Position numbers and translations under genes: made by a program. Positions 48,322 to 57,122 of a DNA stretch of 63,885 bases are shown here, one piece after another. Source of the stretch: Planctomycetota bacterium (GTDB lineage Bacteria > Planctomycetota > Phycisphaerae > WQYP01); assembly GCA_021852275.1 (NCBI GenBank), contig JAJZNX010000124.1, positions 1-63,885 on the forward strand, given 5' to 3'. Under the pieces are notes generated by a model. That model was not told where the DNA came from and made no database searches. It saw only the letters and a program-made list of their open reading frames with translations. Position 1 is the first letter of the stretch; every line of letters begins with the position of its first letter.

Positions 48322-49551
48322 TTAACGGTGGGGCGCAAGCGGCACCTTCATGAATGTGATCTGTCGAGATTCTTTTGCCCTAACCAGTGCGGCAATATCG
48401 AGGTGAGAATGTATAATCAGTTGCTTGGTGTTCTTTTCCAGAATCAGCGGCCCTGGGCCGAAAGGATCGCGGATTTTATCGAACGCCGCCCTGCCGCCAA
48501 GCAAGTACGCAATCGCCGCCCGGCAGATCGCCCGATGAATCATGACATCGGCACGAATAATCCAGACCCATCCGGGCTTGGTTTGTGCACACTCCCGCAG
48601 TATGAAGCTTCCCCGCGTTTGCCACCTCGCGGCCCGTTGGTTGAGCGATTTCAGGCTGTTGATGACCTGCGGGTAAGGTTCTCCCAACGTTGCCGCGATA
48701 GACCGGTCGCGCCTTTCCAACACTGGAAGGGCCGCACGCAGTTCCGCAGGAAATCCAATTGGCATGCGTGGAACACTCGGAGCTTTGCTTTGCCTGTTGG
48801 GATGTTTGTAAAATTGCGCCTTCCACGTTTGCCGCCATATTCTTCGGATCAGGGTTTGTTTCCTCGTGCGAAGGGCTTGCCGCATAAATGAGTGGGCTAT
48901 GTGCGATTTGGACCGCCATACCGTAGCCGAATTTTCCAACCTCCGCATATTGCTTAAGACCATTTGCAGAGGGCGTAGGCCCGCATTCGGCAAAGTGCCA
49001 ATGTGCGCAGCGATCGCCCTGAAAATAATGCCGTCCATGCTCCAGGAGACGAATGGACCGATCATTGATCTTTCCTGACCGATGCGCTGTGTCAAAATCA
49101 ACACGTCGTTGATTATTTGTGACGCTTTATTCCAATGTCTTTTGCGCCATTCCAGACGTACTTCCAGTATAGCTGTGTCCATAAGCACCCGGGACTGCTG
49201 TTGCGCTGCCGTCGGTGCTGCTGTACCCCAACGGCCGTAGAGGGCCGCATCTCCCCAGTTGCAATAGGGCATTTTGCCCGCGAAGTGCAGCAGCGCCAAT
49301 GCCTTCCGACTGGCCTGCATATCCCGGATAATCTGCTTATTGATTGGAAGATTCCATATCGTATATGTCGGCTCGTAAGCGGAGCGAACCTCTATGTCTG
49401 CGCCTCCAGAATTATCTGCAAATGCCTGATAATAATACAATGCGGCGTTCTCAGAAAGCGCCGCTTTGGCCGGTCGCGAGTCGTTGGCATTTAGTGCGGC
49501 ACTCTTAATGACAAGCACTGCGCCCAGCAGATAAGTCACCCAGTTTTTCAT
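48322..49551 (-). CDS. exported planctomycete-type hypothetical protein (NAALYYYQAF family), paralogue A
   Basis: Signal peptide; ENAALYYYQAF, MPYCNWG, AYLLGGRAAFDKIRDPFGPGPLILEKN. Confidence 0.75.
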   Translation of the reverse strand: MKNWVTYLLGAVLVIKSAALNANDSRPAKAALSENAALYYYQAFADNSGGADIEVRSAYEPTYTIWNLPINKQIIRDMQASRKALALLHFAGKMPYCNWGDAALYGRWGTAAPTAAQQQSRVLMDTAILEVRLEWRKRHWNKASQIINDVLILTQRIGQERSMIGPFVSWSMDGIIFRAIAAHIGTLPNAGLRPLQMVLSNMRRLENSATVWRSKSHIAHSFMRQALRTRKQTLIRRIWRQTWKAQFYKHPNRQSKAPSVPRMPIGFPAELRAALPVLERRDRSIAATLGEPYPQVINSLKSLNQRAARWQTRGSFILRECAQTKPGWVWIIRADVMIHRAICRAAIAYLLGGRAAFDKIRDPFGPGPLILEKNTKQLIIHSHLDIAALVRAKESRQITFMKVPLAPHR

Positions 49552-49671
49552 GCCAATATATCCGTCATTTTCCCATATCCTTCATATAGCATGCCCCCCC
49601 TTCATCCATGGTACCGCAGTGGCAGACCATAAACCGCGGTCGGTCATGACCATTGTGATCATTTCTCGGCC

Positions 49672-50925
49672 TCAATGCAGTGGCACCGTCAGCGAGGCCT
49701 CCAGTTTTGCGGTCGCCGATCCTACCAGATATGATGTATCCAAATGGGAGCGGATGAGCAGCCGATCGGCGTTCTTTTCCAGAATTAGTGGTCCCGGGCC
49801 GAATGGATCGTGGATTTTATCGAACGCCTCCCTGCCGCCAAGCAAGTAGGCCAACGCCGCCCGCAGTTCCGTGCGATGGGCCTCTGTACCGCATTGGGCT
49901 GCATAATAGGATGGTTCCCACCATGGCATTGCCAGCGTACGTAATACCGGATTACCACTGGCAGAATCCTGCATTTTGATGTGGCGACAAGCCCTTTTCA
50001 CAGCCAACATGCCTCGTGGATATGGGGTGGCCATCGCTTCCTCCAATTCCTTATCATGCCGCTCCATGGCGGAAATGGCGGCCCGAACTTGCGCGGCAAA
50101 GTCGGCCGGTACCGGCGGTAGAGGCTTGGAGCGCTGTCGGACTTGCCCATTTTTCTCCTGCTTGCCCATCGTCACTACCCACTGCCAGATGGACGCTTCG
50201 AGATGTCGTTTGAGAAGTTGCCGCATGACAATACGTAGAGGCTCGGGGCTACCGGGCTGCAGAGCCGCCGTCATGGGGGTTAACGGCGGCAGGTTATCAA
50301 CCAACGGTTGGAGCGCCCGCAATTCCGCCTTTGGCAGCAAGGCGCTATTCCTCGCCAGCGTGCCAATGTAAATATCGTTCATCACGTCCTCGGTGAATAT
50401 GCCCAGCGGCATGTGACCCTCGCCTACATCGTGGGCCATGACAAAGGCCGCCGCCACCAGGCTATTGGCTATTTTCCAATGCTTTTTGCCCCAATCCCGC
50501 CGCGCCTCCAGCAAGGCAATCTCACCTAGCACGCGCGCCGGCCCCAGAACCTTCAGCGGTGGTACGAAGTTAAATTGGCCGAAGATGGGCTTAACACCCC
50601 AGTTGCACGCGGGCATTTTGCTGCCCAGTCGCAGCAGCCGTAGTGACCATTTGGCCGCTTGAAGCTGGCGCAGTGTGGTTTTGTCAAGCGGATAGTCGCT
50701 TACGCGGGGAAAAGCTCCGTTGATGGTGCGTACGGGTATCCGTGGCATGGCCTGAAATGCTTGATAGTAATATAAAGCTGCATTTGCCCCCGGCCGCAAT
50801 TCCACAGGTGGTAAGGCCGCGGCTGCCGTCGCCCAGCCGTAGGAAACCAAGATAACGACACTCACATATACGACAAAATAAACGCTTAACTGATGGCTGG
50901 CACGCGATACTCGCAATATATTCAT
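49672..50925 (-). CDS. exported planctomycete-type hypothetical protein (NAALYYYQAF family), paralogue B
   Basis: ANAALYYYQAF, MPACNWG, AYLLGGREAFDKIHDPFGPGPLILEKN; start uncertain. Confidence 0.75.
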   Translation of the reverse strand: MNILRVSRASHQLSVYFVVYVSVVILVSYGWATAAAALPPVELRPGANAALYYYQAFQAMPRIPVRTINGAFPRVSDYPLDKTTLRQLQAAKWSLRLLRLGSKMPACNWGVKPIFGQFNFVPPLKVLGPARVLGEIALLEARRDWGKKHWKIANSLVAAAFVMAHDVGEGHMPLGIFTEDVMNDIYIGTLARNSALLPKAELRALQPLVDNLPPLTPMTAALQPGSPEPLRIVMRQLLKRHLEASIWQWVVTMGKQEKNGQVRQRSKPLPPVPADFAAQVRAAISAMERHDKELEEAMATPYPRGMLAVKRACRHIKMQDSASGNPVLRTLAMPWWEPSYYAAQCGTEAHRTELRAALAYLLGGREAFDKIHDPFGPGPLILEKNADRLLIRSHLDTSYLVGSATAKLEASLTVPLH

Positions 50926-51073
50926 GGCTTGCAACCCCTGCAGGACCAATTGCCGCCTTTTTAGAATCAATAAATGTTATCACCTCTGCGGCAGTATTGT
51001 CAAGAAAAATTGGTCGCGAGCCTTGTCAACAGTTTGGGGTGCGTTAACCTGAACGTCAGCAAAAACAACGCTG

Positions 51074-51255
51074 TAAGCTCGACTTTTGCCGATTTTGGAG
51101 GCACCCCAAGGCGTGATTGCACAGGAATTTTAAGATGGTTTGGCGTTTCTGCACACCCGTACAAAACACGGGATGTGCAAAGGCTCCGGGCCACCTTCAA
51201 ATGCCTGTGAAATCAGGCTTTTCAGCTCCACCCAAAATGGCAAAAGTCGGGCTAA
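51074..51255. mobile_element. MITE family B (176 bp plus TAA duplication)
   Basis: TIR GCTCGACTTTTGCCGATTTTGG vs reverse complement GCCCGACTTTTGCCATTTTGG; TAA at 51074-51076 and 51253-51255; internal hairpin GCACACCCGT..ACGGGATGTGC. Confidence 0.7.
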
Positions 51256-51360
51256 GCCACGCGCCTGTTTTTTGCAGAGTATTACCATGCCACCAATTAT
51301 GGCCGCACCCCCACCATGCGCTTCTTTGTTTACCCGCCGGTCGTGGCTATGATAATCAAC

Positions 51361-51894
51361 ATGCTCAAACGATTCGACCAACCCGATTTATCCTGCCTCA
51401 GCGATAACAAAGCACTGGCCATTGCCGCGTTTGGACAATCAGTCGCCGCCTACCGCTATATGGTCCTGGCGGAAAAGGCCGCCGATCCGCGTCTGCGCAC
51501 CGGCCTGCAGGAGATGGCTGCCCGCGAAAACAACCGCCGAACTCAACTCCAGACGCTGCAGGAAAAGCTATTTTCGTCCACCTGTTTTTTTCTCGACAGC
51601 CATGAAAAAAACATGGTATGTGTCGGTCCGCGCATTCTTGACGCCCGTGATCAGGCTCATTTCGATGAAGCTTTGAAGTTGCTCATCGCCAGCGAAAAAC
51701 GCATCGCCGGGTTTTATGCACGTTATGCCGCGCAGACTGGCCGGTCGGAAATTAAGGAAACATTTTCCACCTTCGCAGATGAGAGCCTGCATCGCGTGAG
51801 CCTTTTGCGCCGCATGGGCCAGGATATCGGGCGGCAAATCAACGAACCCTGCCCTTTGCAGTTTCTGCGCCCCACCACCACCCACCGCCAGTAA
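51361..51894 (+). CDS. ferritin-like/rubrerythrin-fold protein with degenerate di-iron ligands
   Basis: Two helix-pair repeats (AAYRYMVLAEKA..DPRLR..LQEMAAREN; SEKRIAGFYARYA..EIKETFSTFADESLH); start uncertain. Confidence 0.65.
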   Translation: MLKRFDQPDLSCLSDNKALAIAAFGQSVAAYRYMVLAEKAADPRLRTGLQEMAARENNRRTQLQTLQEKLFSSTCFFLDSHEKNMVCVGPRILDARDQAHFDEALKLLIASEKRIAGFYARYAAQTGRSEIKETFSTFADESLHRVSLLRRMGQDIGRQINEPCPLQFLRPTTTHRQ

Positions 51895-51972
51895 GTTGCC
51901 AGTTCCACGACGCCAAATTTCCAACCGGGTGGACTTGCCCTGTCACCTGCTTTGCGCTTACCATAGTCGCTG

Positions 51973-52461
51973 ATGAATAACTCTTTAACAGCCAACGGTT
52001 CCTCCCGTCCGCCACGATCCCATGCCGCGCTCTGGTTGATCGGCATTGCCCTGCTGATAAATGCCGTCGTACTGGCCTGGCCGAAAGGCGATCAGACCAA
52101 TTTGTTCTCGGACAGTGCCTTAAGGGCCGCCTTTCAGGCTCCATTGGTATCGAATCATGGTAATTATGTGCTGCCGCTTCGTCTGGGAGCTAAATCCTGG
52201 GGGTTGGCATTGGTAAATCCTCGCCGGCGGGTGTTTTGCGTTTACCGCTTTCTCGAAAATGCCTCGCGATTACGGCTCGTTGCCGCCCGCGATTATCGCT
52301 ATGACATGCGGCTGCGCGATTACAATAACACCTCGCCGACGCCGGCGCAGGTAAAAGCCATGGTCGAAATGATGATACCGCCCCACCGTGTGAACAAACT
52401 TCCACCGGGAAATCCCGCAGGCAATAAATCCGCCACGCACCATGGCGTGCCACGGCCATGA
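51973..52461 (+). CDS. small bitopic membrane protein
   Basis: One N-terminal TM (ALWLIGIALLINAVVLAW); RLRLVAARDYRYD motif. Confidence 0.68.
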   Translation: MNNSLTANGSSRPPRSHAALWLIGIALLINAVVLAWPKGDQTNLFSDSALRAAFQAPLVSNHGNYVLPLRLGAKSWGLALVNPRRRVFCVYRFLENASRLRLVAARDYRYDMRLRDYNNTSPTPAQVKAMVEMMIPPHRVNKLPPGNPAGNKSATHHGVPRP

Positions 52462-52491
52462 ACATAGACGCTCGGCGAGGTGCGGTTTAAC

Positions 52492-52520
52492 TTGCAAATT
52501 CGCCGGCGACCCGGTAAAGT
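52492..52520 (+). promoter_or_regulatory. putative promoter (TTGCAA-17-TAAAGT)
   Basis: Correct spacing, about 35 bp upstream of the AGGAG/ATG of the HTH gene. Confidence 0.45.
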
Positions 52521-52554
52521 CTAGTGTATACACCGTGCAATTTAGGAGTTGCCT

Positions 52555-53478
52555 ATGGCTAAAATGTTTTATAGTCTCGACGAAACAACCGCCAAACTCA
52601 ACGTGGCAGCGGACAAGCTCAAAGAGCTTGTCGAACAGGGTAAGCTCCGGGAGTTTCGCGACGGCGCCAAGGTTATGTACAAGGTCGATCAAGTGGATCT
52701 GCTCTTACGCGACATGTCCGGTGGAACCGGTGCCGGGTCTGGTGTGTTAAACTTGGCTTCTTCCGCCGGCGACAGCGGTATCGCCCTGGCGGGAGATTCG
52801 TCTGCGGGAACCAAGGCCCCGTTATCAGGCGGAACTAAAACTCCGGCCGCCGCGGGAACCGGTGCGGGAATCAAACCGCCTCCCATTAAAGTTTCTCCGG
52901 CCACCGGGCCTATGAAGGTGTTTGATGAACGTGAAGTCAAGCCCATTGATGCCAGTGCTCAAACCCAGATTACCTCACCGGTTTATGATGCAATTTCCCC
53001 ATCCGGTCTGGATTCCGTCGGCAGCGGCTCGGGGCTGTTGGATTTAACCCGTGAAAGTGACAATACCAGCCTGGGAGCCGAACTGCTCGATGAAATTTAC
53101 CCCGGCGAAGGTTCCAAAGCCGGTCAAACCGGAATTGGGTCCGCTTCGTCCGGCGTGTTTGATCATGCCGCACAGACCAGTGCCGGCGCTGCCGCGGTTG
53201 CCACGGGGGCCGAACCCACCGGGCCTATGGTCAGCAGCTATTCACCGGTGGTGGAAGCTCCGGATCCGACCGCGGGAATCTTCGGTGGCTTTGCCCTGGC
53301 GGCAATTTTAGCGATGGCTTTGACCATTATTGTCAGTGCCGCCGGTGTACAAGGCTTTGAACCAGGCTGGCTGCACACACTCGCTTCAAACTTGCTTCTC
53401 TTCGCCGGCTTGCTGGTCTTGGTTGCCCTGCTGTTTGGTTTTGTTGGATTTTTCGCCGGAAGAGCGGCTTCGCGGTAA
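52555..53478 (+). CDS. N-terminal excisionase/MerR-type HTH, low-complexity linker, two C-terminal TM helices
   Basis: MAKMFYSLDETTAKL...GKLREFRDGAKVMYKVDQVD HTH_17-like; Gly/Ser/Ala/Pro-rich linker; two hydrophobic C-terminal helices; AGGAG RBS. Confidence 0.8.
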   Translation: MAKMFYSLDETTAKLNVAADKLKELVEQGKLREFRDGAKVMYKVDQVDLLLRDMSGGTGAGSGVLNLASSAGDSGIALAGDSSAGTKAPLSGGTKTPAAAGTGAGIKPPPIKVSPATGPMKVFDEREVKPIDASAQTQITSPVYDAISPSGLDSVGSGSGLLDLTRESDNTSLGAELLDEIYPGEGSKAGQTGIGSASSGVFDHAAQTSAGAAAVATGAEPTGPMVSSYSPVVEAPDPTAGIFGGFALAAILAMALTIIVSAAGVQGFEPGWLHTLASNLLLFAGLLVLVALLFGFVGFFAGRAASR

Positions 53479-53598
53479 TCACCGGCCACAAATTCAACCC
53501 GGTGGCTTGGGGGTCCAAGCAGTTGTTTCCTGAAACATGATCCCGGCACATGATCAAAGCCAGGATGGCATTTTAATTTTGAAAATGGAGATTCTTTC

Positions 53599-54534
53599 AT
53601 GACTCGCTTGGTATTTCCCAAAGTTCTTCGCGTGGCCCTTATGGCTGGACTTTTGACCACCTTAGTCGGCACCACCGGATGTGTCTCCCAGGAACAATAC
53701 AAACAATTGGAAACCGCATTTAACCAGATGCGATCACAATTGGCCGCCGCGGACCATCAACTTAGCACACTCCGCGGTGAAATTGCCGACTTGCAGGCCC
53801 AGATCGCTGAAAAAGACCGCCTGCTGAATGCCCAGGGTGGTGGAACGGCTGCCCTGCTCAATGAAGTCAAAGCCCTCAAGGCCCGCTTGGCTCGCTTGCA
53901 GGCCCGGTATAACAAACTGCTGGCTTTGGCCGGCAGTGCTCCCCAGCTTCCGGCAGCCGTTAACGATGCCTTGGCCCGTCTGGCCGCCGAGTATCCCAAC
54001 TTACTGGAATACAATCCCAAGCTGGGCCTGATTCGCTTCAAGAGCGATTTGCTTTTCGATCTCGGTTCCACCGTGGTGCGCCCGGCTGCCCGCTCCGCAC
54101 TCAAGAAGTTCGCTGCCATCCTGGACATGAATTCCATTTCTGATAACGAAATCCGCATCGTCGGAAACACCGATAACGTACCGATTCGTCGCAACCGCGC
54201 CAGCGTTATGAACCCCACCAACTGGTATTTGTCTACCAATCGCGCCATTTCCGTCATGTACGTCCTGCGTCATGACGGCGTACTCGACCGCCGTATGCAA
54301 GTCGCTGGCTGGGGCAAAACCCATCCCATCGCCCCCAACGCCCCCCATCATCGCGGCAATCAGTTGAATCGGCGGGTGGATATTTTCATCCTCCCCATCA
54401 AGCTTAAATACAATCCCTATGTCCCTGCCGCGGATCAGCCTGCCGCCTCGCAGAATCCCACGAACCTGGCACCGGCCACCTCCACACCGGCCATGACCGG
54501 TGGCGAAACCGTGCCGCCCGCCGCCGGACAGTAA
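53599..54534 (+). CDS. OmpA/MotB-family peptidoglycan-binding lipoprotein with N-terminal coiled coil
   Basis: Lipobox TTGC; LLFDLGS, VGNTDN, NWYLSTNRAISV, NRRVDI. Confidence 0.88.
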   Translation: MTRLVFPKVLRVALMAGLLTTLVGTTGCVSQEQYKQLETAFNQMRSQLAAADHQLSTLRGEIADLQAQIAEKDRLLNAQGGGTAALLNEVKALKARLARLQARYNKLLALAGSAPQLPAAVNDALARLAAEYPNLLEYNPKLGLIRFKSDLLFDLGSTVVRPAARSALKKFAAILDMNSISDNEIRIVGNTDNVPIRRNRASVMNPTNWYLSTNRAISVMYVLRHDGVLDRRMQVAGWGKTHPIAPNAPHHRGNQLNRRVDIFILPIKLKYNPYVPAADQPAASQNPTNLAPATSTPAMTGGETVPPAAGQ

Positions 54535-54558
54535 TATCTTAAAAAAACGCCACCGGAA

Positions 54559-55473
54559 TTATTTGGCGATGCTATTGGTAGATGCCTTCAGTGGTTCAAC
54601 ATCCACCGTCCATCCGCTGCCGCTCGTTGGGGCCGCCACATGAAAATTGTGCCGCATCGAATGATTCACCTTAATCTTTGAAAGCACCGCCACCGTGGGT
54701 GTGCCATCTGGATCAATACGCTCGATTTTTACTGGTAGCGATAGAACCGGATTGATCCAAAAATCCATTTGAATAAAAGCAAACGCCCGTTTATCCCGCG
54801 GTACCAGCCGTAGATGAATGAACTGAGGCTTCGCGGCCTCTCCTGCCGCATGGGCCTGGTTCGGTACAACGCTCACATGAAATTCCCGCAGCACCATGGC
54901 GGAGCTTTGACCTATGGGAATGGGAATCGGACCTTGGCCAAGCCGCAATGGATTGAATTTTTGCCCTCTCCCCACCAGTTGAATTTTGCGGTATATTTTC
55001 GCCGCGCCGTTACGATCAATCAGCCAGCGGCCATCAAAAATAATATCATGATCCGCATGATGGCGGGCAATAGCCCCATCCACCACCAGCATGTTAAAAC
55101 GAATATCAAACTCTGTAGTGCCCCCTTTGCGCAAGTACCATATCTTCCCGATATTCATATCCTTTTCATCCGTTCGCAGATGATGCACCGTAACCTTCAG
55201 GTCCGCACTGAAATTATGCAGAGTTTGGCCACGGGCCTGCAGCATCTTCAACGCCGCCAATACCGCCGCCGACGGCCCCAAATGCCCCGGCTTGGGTGGC
55301 GCCACCGTTACCCCCGCTCGAGCCGTGCCAACTGCTGCCCCGCCAATCGCGATCATCATCCAGAGCAGCAAAGGAATAATCCGTCGCCATTTCCATTTCC
55401 TGTTTCGCAATGGCTTATCCTTTCTCAACACCATTCTGCCCGTAACCATCTTCGGCCAAACCATTGAACTCAT
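54559..55473 (-). CDS. LolA-like periplasmic protein
   Basis: Hydrophobic signal; NFSADL, GKIWY, IIFDGRWL, LRLVPR, WINPVLSLPVKI all-beta pattern; start uncertain. Confidence 0.6.
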   Translation of the reverse strand: MSSMVWPKMVTGRMVLRKDKPLRNRKWKWRRIIPLLLWMMIAIGGAAVGTARAGVTVAPPKPGHLGPSAAVLAALKMLQARGQTLHNFSADLKVTVHHLRTDEKDMNIGKIWYLRKGGTTEFDIRFNMLVVDGAIARHHADHDIIFDGRWLIDRNGAAKIYRKIQLVGRGQKFNPLRLGQGPIPIPIGQSSAMVLREFHVSVVPNQAHAAGEAAKPQFIHLRLVPRDKRAFAFIQMDFWINPVLSLPVKIERIDPDGTPTVAVLSKIKVNHSMRHNFHVAAPTSGSGWTVDVEPLKASTNSIAK

Positions 55474-56074
55474 TGCGAAACCTTTCCGGCTCGTCGAGCA
55501 ACTTCACAATATCGCTAATATCACTGATACAATAATCCGCCCGGCCCGCAAATGACGGACGCGGCAGCACCCCGTCAACCAGCAGCACGCTGGCCACGTG
55601 CGACGCCTGCGCAACCTGTATGTCAAATATATTATCCCCAACCATCAATGTGGCATCCGGGCCAACCCCGTAATGGTGTAAAATACGCTGTAAACTTGCC
55701 GGATGAGGCTTAAACGGCGGCTCATCCCGTGTTACCAGCATTTCAAATGATAAACGATGCCGGCCGATAATACTCCGCACGCTTGACCGGCTGTTCCGCG
55801 TCAGTAAGGCTCTGTTCACTCTGCGACTGTCAAGCTCCCCCAGCATATCTACCACGCCGGCGCGAACGGAACACCGCTCCGCCGCTCGCCGTTCATGTTG
55901 TTCCAGAATTTTGGCAGCATCATCACGCTCCGATTCCGGCAGGCCGGCAATCCACTCTAATATCGGCCGCCGCTCGCTCAATCCCAATTCCACCCGCAAT
56001 GACTCAAAATCCATTGCATCGTGCGTAAGGGTCCCATCCATATCGAATACAATAAAGCGGTAATCATGCGCCAT
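55415..56074 (-). CDS. HAD-family hydrolase
   Basis: FDMDGTL, LTRNS, KPHP, MVGDNIFD. Confidence 0.9.
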   Translation of the reverse strand: MAHDYRFIVFDMDGTLTHDAMDFESLRVELGLSERRPILEWIAGLPESERDDAAKILEQHERRAAERCSVRAGVVDMLGELDSRRVNRALLTRNSRSSVRSIIGRHRLSFEMLVTRDEPPFKPHPASLQRILHHYGVGPDATLMVGDNIFDIQVAQASHVASVLLVDGVLPRPSFAGRADYCISDISDIVKLLDEPERFRNEFNGLAEDGYGQNGVEKG

Positions 56075-56144
56075 CGCGGAGCCTCTTGATTCATTATATC
56101 CACAGGACCGCGCAAACGACAAAATCTGCCTCGCTCTATCGCCG

Positions 56145-57059
56145 TCAGATCTCACTGCTGCGCCCGTTTTGCTCCAGCCACAGCATCAATTGTTGGTACA
56201 CCGGTGCTGGATGGGCCGATTCCGGTGGCAGCAAATTCGCCCTTTTGGCAGCCTGTGCCAGGCGCAGCATAACATCACCAACACCGGATTCCGGTATTAT
56301 CACCTTGGCCCCGCGGTAATTGGTCAGCAACGATTGTATCGCCTTGGGCAGGCGTTTTTCATCAATATCTCCATTCCCCTTCAGGTACGGCAATTTCCAC
56401 GTGCTGGGCTTGTTGGCATCCCCTACCCAGGCAAAACACCATGCTGGAAGCCGGTGCGTTCGGTGCAGCAAAACGGCCAGCCCCTGATCAAGTTGGTTCG
56501 GGCCTGTTGTCGGATACGACTCATCAGCAAACAGCGCTTCTGCGGGCCGAGGATCATCCATCGGACGATAAACTCCATGCACGCTTATCCACCACAGCGC
56601 CACGGGAGGGTGTGCATCCGCCAGATTCACCACCACGCGATGCCGCAATCCACCAGGCAAAATGTCTGCGGCATAGAAAACGCAACCGTCACTGACCGCC
56701 ACCTGTCCAATGTGCTGGGCATGGGCATAGCGCACCGCCTGGTCCAGCGCCAACGCCAGAGATTGCTGTCCGAGGCGTAAAGTACCCGGCTTTTTCACCT
56801 CAATCACCAGATATTTTTGCAGATTGCGACTCAAGACAATATCCGCAAAATCAATCTGATACGTAATATCTCCCTTGGTCCAGTCCAGTACCCCGGTAAG
56901 CAAATCCTCCACGATGCCCTCTGCAACTTTTTCCGCCTCTTCGCCGTGGCGCAGGCGATCCAGCCGAGTGGCCGCAAAGGTTTCCCATGCCCCTTGCAGC
57001 TTTTGAATGCATGTTTGGTAGCTCGTCAGAGTCATATAATTTGGTGTTGTTACCGTCAT
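56145..57059 (-). CDS. orphan PD-(D/E)xK restriction-endonuclease-like protein (HsdR-N/Mrr-like) with unknown C-terminal domain
   Basis: FADIVL...LVIEVKKP and DQAVRYA (QxxxY) motifs; AVSDG; no methylase nearby. Confidence 0.68.
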   Translation of the reverse strand: MTVTTPNYMTLTSYQTCIQKLQGAWETFAATRLDRLRHGEEAEKVAEGIVEDLLTGVLDWTKGDITYQIDFADIVLSRNLQKYLVIEVKKPGTLRLGQQSLALALDQAVRYAHAQHIGQVAVSDGCVFYAADILPGGLRHRVVVNLADAHPPVALWWISVHGVYRPMDDPRPAEALFADESYPTTGPNQLDQGLAVLLHRTHRLPAWCFAWVGDANKPSTWKLPYLKGNGDIDEKRLPKAIQSLLTNYRGAKVIIPESGVGDVMLRLAQAAKRANLLPPESAHPAPVYQQLMLWLEQNGRSSEI

Positions 57060-57122
57060 ATCACCCTTATAAACGCTCCAGATTTATATGGCCGAGACCT
57101 CACAAGCCTGCCAGCTACACCC

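Noticed and set aside
47966-48338. Two overlapping small minus-strand ORFs (one with GNIGDAI)
   Set aside because: No clear RBS or family motif beyond a short coincidental match; cannot be supported as genes
53599-54534. Flagellar motB call
   Set aside because: Has a lipobox rather than the MotB TM helix with the conserved Asp; no motA or flagellar genes nearby
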